From: Massalongia carnosa
Lineage: Eukaryota
Assembly: GCA_965645245.1 (NCBI GenBank)
Contig: OZ287072.1
Coordinates: forward strand, 1,674,001-1,738,000
Length of the DNA stretch: 64,000 nucleotides
Reading direction: 5' to 3'
Positions 40,151 through 50,800 of the stretch are shown piece after piece; position 1 is the first letter of the stretch; each line of letters starts with the position of its first letter. A program made the position numbers and the translations under genes. Below the pieces are notes generated by a model. It was not told where the DNA came from. It saw only the letters and a list, made by a program, of their open reading frames with translations, and searched no databases.

Positions 40151-40185
40151 AGCTTTATAAACTCAAAGGTACAATAAGTCCTATA

Positions 40186-40356
40186 TGTGACGAAGCAAGA
40201 TAGTGAATAGATTTCTACCATTGCGCCACCTGTCCTTCCCGACCAAAAGGCATAATACTTAGTCCGCAGACCAAGCTCTATTCTACTATAACTAGGACTC
40301 CTGCTATGTTCGCTGTAGGTCCTGCCGTCCGCACCACGCTTGGTCGAACCGTTACA
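40186..40356 (-). mobile_element. Solo 171-bp LTR of the TRIM family
   Basis: Reverse complement of 47635-47805; flanks CTATA/CTATG. Confidence 0.88.
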
Positions 40357-40400
40357 CTATGATTATCCATAAGCATCAATTTCCACTGCTTTGTAGGCCC

Positions 40401-40466
40401 TGTAACGGTTCGACCATGCGTGGTACGGACGGCAGGACCTACAGCGAATATAGCAAGAGTCCCAGT
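40401..40466 (+). mobile_element. Partial TRIM-family LTR cut by a LINE 5' end
   Basis: TGTAACGGTTCGACC...CCCAGT matches the first 66 nt of the 47635 LTR. Confidence 0.8.
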
Positions 40467-42706
40467 CAGCACCTATCGAAAAATAAGTACCGCAACTTTG
40501 ATACTCTATAACTTTAATAGTCAATTGAGCCTCTATTTCTCAGTCATTTGAGCTCCTCCAGAGCAAAAACGCTCTCAGATTGGTTGTAGGAGAGCTCTAG
40601 CAAAGCTCGAGCAGAGTTTTTCTACAAGTCGTACGCGACCGACGTGATAAAGCGCGCTTAAGAAGTTGAAAAAACAACAAATACCAATAACATCACCAAA
40701 AATCGCTCTTATTTCTTGTTTTCTTCTGTTCTGTTGTCGCAGAACTTTCAATTATTACTATAAGAATTATCTACAAAAAATATCTACTCTCGCGGTACTG
40801 TACAACAACTGTCGCGACGTTAAAGTCTTCGGAAGTTCATTCCTCATTTAAGGTTACGGGAACTTCCGCAAGCACAAATTGTCACAGCATATTTCACGTA
40901 TAATTTTTGCACATTCCATTTTTGGCTTTATCGATCTTCGTTGAACGGCCGGTCAACAGATCACTGAAAAGAAGGGGAAAAACGTCTGGAATAGGAGGAT
41001 TATACCAAAGGTCCTGTTTCAGATTAATCAGAATAGGAAGTCTCGTATTGTATTACATTGCAACTTTATTGAAAAAAAGCAAAGAAAACTTTCATTATTT
41101 TCACCTATTGTAGTGTCTGGTAAAGGGTTAAATCAGACTTACTGCCTTAGCGAGGAAAGGTCTATTTTAACCCGATTAGGATTTATTTGACGAGTGATAG
41201 TCAAATAAATAGGGATAGGAAAGAAAGAGTAATTTGACCAGTAAACAGGTGTAAATTCTAGTACGTCCGGGGAACGTCAGAATAAATTATTTGGTGGCGA
41301 TAAAAGGGATATTGCAACGGCAAAAAACACTATGCTCAATCGAAGGTTTAACCCGATGGGTCATAGACCAAATCAATTGATACCCTCAACTCCACCCCCA
41401 GGCCCCCTTCCGAAACATCTATGGGTCCCCCCGACTACGCCCCCGGGCCACCCCCCAACAGACTCCCCCGCGCCATCTTCGGTAGCGATAATTGGGAGCA
41501 CCCCCCTAACCGTAGAGTCCACGGAGGCCATGGACCAACGGCGAGGATTCTCGTCCGGACCGTCTACACCCATCCCAAAAGCGAAATCTTTTGTCGCGCC
41601 ATCTGGTGAATTCAGTACTAATCGGCCCATGCCATAATTGAATTCTGATATTCGACTTAGTCCACCAATTAAACGCAACAAAAGACGAACATTTGAAGAA
41701 CATTCGATTGAAAGTTAAGAAGTCATCAATCGAACAAAATAGATTCAACTATTGTATACGGCAAAAAATGCATTATTGGAGTCATTCGTTCTAGATTAAA
41801 ACCCTGATACGGCTATTGTCATTGATCACGTCAATTCTTTACTGGCAAAGAAATCGATCAAGCCTATACCAACGTTAGAAATTATTGATTGGAAATTGAA
41901 TAGGGTGCTAGAACAAACTAGCAAAATTCCAGAAAAAAAGAGACAATAGGTGCGACCTATACAGACAAGTTCGAATGGAAATTCGAATTTGAATAAAAAC
42001 GTCAACCCAACAATTCGGAGCGGAACCGCCGGGGTCCCGGGGCCGCAGGTCAATGACACAGCTAGAACATGGAGCCAAATGCTTGGAAAAGCGACTGTCA
42101 ATTCCGAAAATTGGACTACCGTTCCTCGATCCAAAAAAACAAACAACAACAACATCAACAATTCGAATGCGAACAAATTCGATAATACTGACGATTTCAA
42201 GGCGATCAAATCTCGACGGTTGATAATTATACCGAAAGCTCAAATCGGCGATATCAACTAACTGTTACTTCGAAACCAAATCATTTCGCTTTTTAAAGAC
42301 GCGAAGTTGACTATCGTTGTTAACACGGTCGAAAAGTCCAAAACGGGTCAAAAATTCGTTCTGACTACTAGCCCTGAAAACACTGCTGAAGATTTATTGA
42401 CCAATAAATCAATATGGGAGCATTTATTTGACCCACGAATAGTTCGAAAGGACGAATCGTGGTTTAAAGTCGTCGCAAACGGCGTAAATATTGCAATATT
42501 TGATGAAAACATGCAATATTTGCAAGACGAAATTCAAAAGTTCAATTCGAACATGCAATTATGCGATGTTCCCAGATGGCTAGCACGTGATCGTCATAAT
42601 CAGATCAAATCATCCGTTGTTTTGACCTTCAACGATCGAAATATGGCCTTGAACGCGTTAAAAGGAGTCAATATCGCGGTTCAACATTATGACACGGAAA
42701 TATTTA

Positions 42707-44837
42707 ACGTAATTTACCCTCATTCGGGTCAGCCCCCCATTCGGGTCAGCCACCCAATCGGGTCAGCCCCCCATTCGGATCAACCACCCAATCGGGTCAC
42801 CCACCAAAAATAAAACCTTCGCCCTACACCAAAGATGTCACGGTTCTACTCGGCACTACTTCGGTAGACTGGAGCGGAACAAGCCACAAGCCGAAGTCAC
42901 GGGATCGCGTGTGCGCGCTAGACTCATCGCGGCATTCACGGTTTCCATAGCTGGTCAATGCTCGAACCTTCTAGATCCTTCCACGAGTCGGTCGAGGGCT
43001 AGGGGCCGCTGGACTATATAGGAGCGAGATTTGTCTTTCAATTGATCTTTTCTTCTTCATCTTGATTGTATTCGTTTCTAGTGTCCCTATGACTAGTCTC
43101 TAGGTAGATCATAACAAAAGAAAATATTACATTACTTCCACCATCCCCAAAACTAACTAAAAATATCTCTATGCATCTGCATTTCCTTCCATACGGCCTT
43201 TGCGAACTTTACTTTACTATTTAAAGCATGGTACCGTTCCTTTTGTTTGGCCAATGCTTCTTCCTTCCTCTGTTTTTCCTCCGCAATCGCCTGCCCTTCA
43301 CCTACAGTCAGCACCCTCGCTTTAACACCCCCCTTTCTGGATGTTTTTTGACGTCCCTGAGCCTTTTTATCAATCAGTTCTTGATTGGTGTGTCTTAGAA
43401 TAACCCTATCAGCGACGGTATTCAAAGCAGTTGTTTTAAGCAACTCAACATGCGCGCGAAGAGATGGAGTTATACAGGATATAAGGGCATCGCTGACTTC
43501 CTGGATTCGCTGCTCCGTTTGGGGGGCATCGGTGACGGTGTTTGGATAGGTAGGAGGTGTAATAGGCCTAGGCAACTTGCCTAGAACATGCACTGGATTA
43601 AATGGGATGAGGCCTGCCTCTCGCCATGCACTTATGATGTTAGTAGTAGTAATGGCCTGTTTCCTAGCCACCTGAATAAGGCGTAAAAAATCTAGCTTAG
43701 AAATAGTCATAGCCCCGTAACGTGATTGGCTGGAAACGAGTTGTTTATAGGCCTTAGATAAAGGGCCAAAAACACCGACATCCAGGGGCTGCAATAAATG
43801 AGTTGAATGTGGTGGCAAACAAAGGGGTATGATTTTCTCTTGGGCACCAAACTCCAGAAAAGGAATGGAGACGTGACTCTCATGGCCATCTACAATTAGC
43901 ATCCTATACATGCCTCGTTCAGGTTTTGTATGCTTATTGAACACCGTTCGCAACCAATGAAGGCCTATCTCCGCATCCGTCCAACCATTGGGACTGACCC
44001 GAACGGTATCTGCCTTCGTCTCCATGGCATCATACCATGCAGGTTGAACTTAGGCACCTTGGAAAATGATATAAGCCGGAAGAACTGTTCCGCGGGATGA
44101 TATGCACTCAATTAGAGAAACCCAGTCCCTATTTCCCGGATGCACATTGAATGGTATTGTTGTGCCTTTGATTATGACCATCGAACTGTCTGCGATGCCC
44201 ATAGGAAAGCCTTTTTCATCCATGTTGTATGTATCTTCATCTGAAATCCCATATTTGACCAAGGTAGTCGCGTACAATTCGAACCAATCACGCAAAATTT
44301 CGGGACTACCAGCGTCCTTTCTGGATTGATCGAGGTTTCTATTGTATTTGATTTTGAAATCGGGATGCCTTTTCAGGAACTTTTGATACCAATGACGACC
44401 CAACGGATTTTTGTCCCCTTTGGCGTTCAGGAGACTTCTGGCCAAATGTTGGATACGAGGCGGCCAACCCCATGAGGTCATCCGCTCTATCCAATCAATC
44501 AGAGCCTGTTCTACGTGGACGGATAGCCTTTGGGCGGCTTGATGATAGTGTTTTGCGGCCCGCCTGCCTTTGAGCCGGGCCTGTAAAGTCGACTGAGGAA
44601 CTCCGTAAAGGCGCGCTATTTCCAGCTGCGAAATGCCCGGATTTTTGGCTAATTCTTCGATAGCCAACTGTAATCTAGTAGCAGAGTCAATTGTAGGCAT
44701 ATTAATGGACATTTTATCTACAATTAATAGATAACTATATGGTGGTGGTGGATAAACAGGATAGAATTTTTTTCGGTCGCTAGATTTTAATGGGTTGACC
44801 CGAATGGGGGGCTGACCCAAATGAGGGTAAATTACGT
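42707..44837 (-). mobile_element. Fot1/pogo-type DNA transposon C; transposase 44712-43153 with one in-frame TAA at 44050-44052
   Basis: TIR ACGTAATTTACCCTCATTYGGGTCAGCCCCCCATTCGGGTCA at both ends, TA TSD; TYNMDEKG, LIVDGHESH, LQPLDVGVF; empty site visible at about 50131-50145. Confidence 0.95.
42836..43116 (+). mobile_element. Solo LTR (281 bp) in transposon C
   Basis: TGTCAC...ATAACA with TSD AAAGA; TATATA near 43015. Confidence 0.88.
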
Positions 44838-45047
44838 TACCTCCGTTCGTCCAAAAACACAATGTATTAATTGTCAAAAATTTAGACACAAGCATTAGCA
44901 ATGCAAAAGTCAAGCGAAATGCAGCATATGTGCGCAAAATCATGAAACACGCAATCATAAATGCACAACATGTAAATAAAAAATTGCTTGTTCCCACGTC
45001 GTCGTCAAATGCACGAAAAGAACGATAGGAACAACAAGAACCACCGC

Positions 45048-46101
45048 ACACCTATCGAAACACAAGTACCGTAACTTTTGATACTCTATAACTTTAACAG
45101 TCAATTGAGCCTCTATTTCTCAGTCATTTGAGCTCCTCCAGAGCAAAAACGCTCCCAGATTGAGTGTAGGAGAGCTCTAGCAAAGCTCCAGCAGAGTTTT
45201 TCTGCTGGTCGCACGCGACCGACGTGATAAAGCGCGCTCTAGAAGTTGGAAATAACAACAAATACCGACAACATCAGCAAAATTCGCTCTTTTTTCTTGT
45301 TTTCTTCTGTTCTGTTGTCGCATGACCTTTAATTATTACTATAAGAATTATCTACAAAAAATATCTACTCTCGCGGTACTGTACAACAACTGTCGCGACG
45401 TCAAAGTCTTCTAAAGTTCATTCCTCATTTAAGGTTACGGGAACTTCCGCAAGCACAAATTTTCACAGCATATTTCACGTATAATTTTTGCACATTCCAT
45501 TTTCGGCTTTATCGATCTTCGTTGAACGGCCGGTCAACAGATCACTGAAAAGAAGGGGAAAAACGTCGGGAATAGGATTATAACAAAGGTCCTGTTTCAG
45601 ATTAATCAGAATAGGAAGTCTCGTATTGTCTTACATTGCAATAAAATCTATCTTTATTGAAAAAAAGTATAAAAAAAAACTTTTATTATTTTCACATATT
45701 GTAGTGTCTGGTAAAGGGTTAAAATCAGACTTACTGCCTTAGCGAGGAACGGTCTATTTTAACCCGATTAGTATTTATTTGACGAGTGATAGTCAAATAA
45801 ATAGGGATAGGAAAGAAAGAGTCATTTGACCTGTAAACAGGTGTAAATTCTATTCTGACTAGTACGTCCGGGGAAAGTCAGAATAAATTATTTGGTGGCG
45901 ATAAAAGGGATATTGCAAAGGCAAAAACATTATGCTCAATCGAAGGTTTAACCCGATAGGTCATAGACCAAATCGATTGATACCAACAACTCCTCCCCCA
46001 GGCCCCCCTCCACAACATCTATGTGTCCCCCCGAGTACACCCCCGGGCCCCCCCCGAATCGACTCCCCAGCGCCATCTTCGGTAGCGATAATTGGGAGCA
46101 C
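45048..46101 (+). mobile_element. Tad-like LINE copy 2: leader and ORF1 start
   Basis: Colinear with 40469-41501; ORF1 ATG 45932; breaks at an LTR-like sequence. Confidence 0.88.
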
Positions 46102-46340
46102 AGTCGAAAGCCGATTAGTCAGTTGGCTGGTAGCACTACCTGTACTCGATCCCGTGACCCTATGTAAATGCATGGCTAGTGAAGGAGCCTAATAGGCTAG
46201 CTCCGAGTAAGCTGCGGGAGCTAAATCACTAGCTTAGAAGATTAGGGCATCTCAACTGTATATAGAAGGCTTCGCCACCTAGCTAGAGAATCAAGCAATC
46301 TACTACCTATGCTTCGTTCACCTTTGTGCTTTTGATACCG
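46102..46340 (+). mobile_element. Probable truncated LTR
   Basis: Abrupt start AGTCGAAAG (possible decayed TGTC), TATATAGAA near 46258; no right end or TSD. Confidence 0.4.
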
Positions 46341-46344
46341 TCAC

Positions 46345-46809
46345 CTTACCGGCCTGCTCATGTTGCTAGCACAGAAAAACTCCAGAACATGTAATCATGT
46401 TCTGCAAACTTATTGACAATAGAGAACAGATGTTTCGCGCCGCCGGAATCAGTGACTTTCAGCTGCTGCCCAAATCATCAAAAACTCTGAAGATACTAAC
46501 TGCTTGGCTAATGAAAACAGGCTTATTGAATCAATTCTCACTAGCATCAACATTATTGTAAAATCTACAATAGTTGAACCTTTCTTTCTATCTTTCTTCT
46601 CTTTTCACAAGGCATTACAGTTCCTACATGTCTTTTGCAATGCGTCTCCCGCCCGACGTGGACCCGTAGTCACATCGGACGGGTATCAAGGGACATGGTT
46701 TTTACACCTGTGAAAGGTTTTCCATGTAACATAACTTAGATAGCTTGGCCTGCATGGGCCGGCCTACGGCCGGTGTTATATCGGAGTATGAATATATCAT
46801 CATTATCAT
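46345..46809 (+). mobile_element. 5'-truncated 3' end of a second LINE family
   Basis: ACSCC*HRKTPEHVIMFC..TAWLMKTGLLNQFSLA stop resembles the Tad-clade ORF2 CCHC C-terminus; 3' UTR ends in ATC-like repeats. Confidence 0.7.
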
Positions 46810-47235
46810 AGAAACATATCCTAATATAGTTTAGTGTCATAACCTTAGGTTTAATACACTTAATGAATAAATACAAATATATCCTAAAATAGTTTAGTGT
46901 CATAAACTTAGGTTGAATACACTTAATTAAGAAAATTAATAAAAAAAACTAGCTTATGGAACAACAAATATGACGAATGGAACGAAGACGAAAAACAAAC
47001 AAATAAACGAAATCCTAGTCAGCTTTTTCGCGTTCTGCACTGAGTTTCGGACATAGATTATAAAACTGATGAATTCAAACAATTAAATAACTTTATAAAA
47101 GCATAGAAGTCGTCATGTAAAATCGAATTTCAAATCGAAAAGTCATTTTTTAAATTTTTAATTTATTAATTAAGTGTGTTCAACCTAAGGTTATTACACT
47201 AAACTATTTTAGGATATGTTTCCATAATATAAATG
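46810..47235. mobile_element. Cluster of short LINE fragments: two tandem + strand 3' tails, an ORF2 piece and a - strand 3' tail
   Basis: Match the 3' UTR/tail at 60806-60890 and ORF2 sequence at about 62120-62310. Confidence 0.75.
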
Positions 47236-47805
47236 TATAACGGTCCGACCAAACGTGGTGCGGACGGCAGGACCTACAGCGAACATAGTAGGAATCCCAG
47301 TTATAGTAGAATAGAGCTTGGTCTGCGGACTAAGTATTGTGCCTTTTGGTCGGGAAGGACAGGTGGCGCAATGGTAGAAATCTATTCACTATATCGCTTC
47401 GTCACAGAATACTTAGTCATCAATCGGTGTACTAGTCGTGAGTTCGATTCTGACCTGAGTTCCTCGCTTTTTCGCCTTGCTTCGACGGACTGAAGCTAGG
47501 ACGAAACGGGAAAGCGTTGGATAAAAACTCTCTAAGTCGGATCGGCGAGGGCCGTACGCTAAGAAGAGCCCATTCTTCGGGGTAAACTATTACTGGAAGC
47601 GGCTAGGGGCTAGCCGCAGCTATACGGGCGGTAGTGTAACGGTCCGACCAAGCGTGGTGCGGACGGCAGGACCTACAGCTAACATAGCAGGAGTCCCAGT
47701 TATAGTAGAATAGAGCTTGGTCTGCGGACTAAGTATTGTGTCTTTTGGTCGGGAAGGACAGGTGGCGCAATAGTAGAAATCTATTCACTATCTCGCTTCG
47801 TCACA
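47236..47805 (+). mobile_element. TRIM-like miniature LTR retroelement: two 171-bp LTRs and a 228-bp non-coding interior
   Basis: Direct repeats 47236-47406 and 47635-47805 (TG/TA..CA), purine-rich GGGCGGTAG before the 3' LTR; flanks AAATG/GAATA are an imperfect TSD. Confidence 0.85.
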
Positions 47806-47841
47806 GAATAAATTAAACCTTCATAACCCATCTATGTTAGA

Positions 47842-50800
47842 GTCAGCACCTATCGAAACACAAGTACCGCAACTTTTGATACTCTATAACTTTAACAGTC
47901 AATTGAGACTCTATTTCTCAGTCATTTGAGCTCCTCCAGAGCAAAAACGCTCTCAGAGTGAGTGCAGGAGAGCTCTAGCAAAGCTCCAGCAGAGTTTTTC
48001 TGCTGGTCGCACGCGACCGACGTGATAAAGCGCGCTCTAGAAGTTGAAAAAACAACAAATACCAACAACATCACCAAAAATCTCTCTTTTTTCTTGTTTT
48101 CATCTGTTCTGTTGTCGCAGAACTTTCAATTATTACTATAAGAATTATCTACAAAAAAAATATCTACTCTCGCGGTACTGTACAACAACTGTCGCGACGT
48201 CAAAGTCTTCTGAAGTTCATTCCTCATTTAAGGTTACGGGAACTTCCGCAAGCACAAATCTTCACAGCATATTTCACGTATAATTGCACATTCTATTTTT
48301 GGCTTTATCGCTCTTCGTTGAACGGCCGGTCAACAGATCACTGAAAAAAATGGGAAAAACGTCTGGAATAGGATTATACCAAAGGTCCTGTTTCAGATTA
48401 ATCAGAATAGGAAGTCTCGTATTGTCTTACATTGCAATAAAATCTATCTTTATTGAAAAAAAAGCAAGAAAAAACATTTATTGTTTTCACCTATTGTAGT
48501 GTCTGGTAGAGGGTTAAATCAGACTTACTGCCTTAGCGAGGAACGGTCTATTTTAACCCGATTAGGATTTATTTGACGCGTTATAGTCAAATAAATATGG
48601 ATAGGAAAGAAAGAGTTACTTGACCAGTAAACAGGTGTAAATTCTATTCTGACTAGTACGTCCGGGGAACGTCAGAATAAATTATTTGGTGGAGATAAAA
48701 GGGATATTGCAAAGGCAAAAAACACTATGCTTAATTGAAGGTTTAACCTGATGGGTCATAGACCAAATCGATTGATACCCTCAACTCCACCCCCAGGCCC
48801 CCCTCCGAAAAATCTATGGGTCCCCCCGACTACGCCCCCGGGCCCCCCCCCCAATCGACTTCCCCGCGCTATCTTCGGTAGCAATAATTGGGAGCACCCC
48901 CCTAACCGTAGAGTCCACGGAGGCCATGGACCAAACGCCAGGATTTTCGTCCGGACCGTCCACACCCACCCCAAAAGCGAAATCTTATGTCGCGCCATCT
49001 GGTGAATCCAGTACTAATCTGCCCATGCCATCATTGAATTCTGATATTCGACTGAGTCTACCAATTATACGCAACAAAAAAGGAACATTGACGAAAATTC
49101 GATTGAAAGTCAAGAAGTCATCAATCGATCAAAATCGATTCAACTATTGAATACGGCAAAAAATGCATTATTGGAGTCATTCGTTCTAGATCAAAACCCC
49201 GAAACGGCTATTGTCATTGATCGCGTCAATTCTCTGCTGGCAAAGAAATCGATCAATCCTAAAGCAACGTTAGAAATGATTGATTGAAAATTGAATAAGG
49301 TTCTAGAACAAACTAGCAAAATTCCAGAAGCAAATAGACAATCGGAGCGACCTATACAGACAAGTTCAAATGGAAATTCAAATGGAAATTCGAATTTGAA
49401 TAAAATCGTCAACCCAACAATTCGGAGCAGAACCGCCGGGGTCCCGAGGCCGCCGCATGTCAATGAAACAACTAGAACATGGAGCCAAATGCTCGGAAAA
49501 GCGAGTATCAATTCCGAAAATTGGACTACCGTTCCTCGATCCAAAAAAAACAAACAAAAACAACATCAACAATTCGAATGCGAACAAATTCGATAATACT
49601 GAAGATTTCAAGGCGATCGAATCTCGACGGTTGATAATCATACCGAAAGCTCAAATTGGCGATATCGACTCACTGTTGCTTCTAAACCAAATCAATTCGC
49701 TTTTTAAAGACGCGAAGTTGACTATCGTTGTTAACACGGTCGAAAAGTCCAAAACGGGTCAAAAAATACTTCTAGCTACTAGTCCTGAAAACAGTGCTGA
49801 AGATTTGTTGGACAATAAATCAATATAGGAGCATTTATTTGACCCACGAATAGTTCGAAAGGACGAATCGTGGTTCGAAGTCGTCGCACACGATGTAAAT
49901 ATTGCAATATTTGATGAAAACATTGCAATATTTGATGAAAACATGCAATATTTGCAAGACGAAATTCAAAAGTTCAATTCGAATATGCAATTATGCGATG
50001 TTCCCAGATGGCTAGCAAGTGATCATCATAACAAGATCAAATCATCCGTTGTCTTAACATTCAACGATCAAAATATGGTCTTGAACACGTTAAAAGGTGT
50101 CAATATCGCGGGCCAACATTGTGACACGGAAATATTTACCTCCGTTCGTCCAAACACAAAATGCATTAATTGTCATAAATTTGGACACAAGCATTATCAA
50201 TGCAAAAGTCAAGCGAAATGCAGCATATGTGCGCAAAATCATGAAACACGCAATCATGAATGCAGAACATGCAAATGAAAAATTGCATGTGCACACGTTG
50301 TCGTGAAATGCACGAATTGCAACAAGAATCATCAATCCAATGACGAAAATTGTGAAATGGTTATATCGTTAAATATTCGAAAATCGACTGACGAACTAGC
50401 CGCTGTGTAATGGCAGGACAGCATTCGTTGACAAACATCGAAAATATACAAAATGTTAAATTTATTCAACATAATTGTGCAAAGTCAACGAATGCAATGA
50501 TTTCGTGTTTGGAATATGATTTATCGAATCAAATTGATATTGTTTTGTTTCAGGAACTATAGACACGAGATGAAAAAACTATATCACATCCGTCATTTAC
50601 ATGTATTATGCCAAAAATAGCGACTTATCGCTCGAGAGTAGCTATATTTGTCACAAAATGCAATCCCAAACTGCAATGCACGCCTAGAACTGATCTTATT
50701 GACGATTCCGATATGCAAATTATGGAAATTACAATTGATGAAGTTCGAAAAGTGCAGATATTCAATATATATAACGAATAAAGTCAAAGTGATCGAGAAA

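Larger units (their letters stand above)
19392..40400 (-). pseudogene. Fot1/pogo-type (DDE_1) transposase element A, split into at least five pieces by nested insertions
   Basis: Joining 40400-40357, 40185-40159, 32936-32885 and 21306 downward across the TSDs gives one frame WKLMLMDNHRTYCTFEFIKLANENHICPLPLILYLTHCMQHLNIGLFQPYK; C-terminus continues to 19696. Left end approximate; N-terminal part not seen. Confidence 0.82.
40465..45045 (+). mobile_element. Tad-like LINE copy 1: leader plus decayed ORF1 (from 41332), interrupted by transposon C
   Basis: Colinear with copy 3; Pro-rich ORF1 start; zinc knuckles resume after 44839. Confidence 0.88.

Noticed and set aside
41130..41320. Group I intron or HDV-like ribozyme in the LINE leader
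   Set aside because: R/S-like words (CAGACTT, GATAGTC) do not give a P7 conserved in copy 4, and no HDV nested double pseudoknot could be built by eye.
44713..45051. N-terminal extension of the 333-aa transposase ORF
   Set aside because: Runs through the TIR into antisense LINE ORF1; the real start is probably ATG 44712.
47488..47510. CTGAAGCTAGGACGAAAC as a hammerhead ribozyme core
   Set aside because: Core should be CUGANGA; here CUGAAGC with no stem II, and GAAGC pairs in a local hairpin.
48645..48700. CTAGTACG...GGAAC as a large-subunit rRNA (sarcin-ricin loop) fragment
   Set aside because: No GAGA tetraloop and no flanking rRNA similarity; treated as a loop-E motif in the LINE leader.
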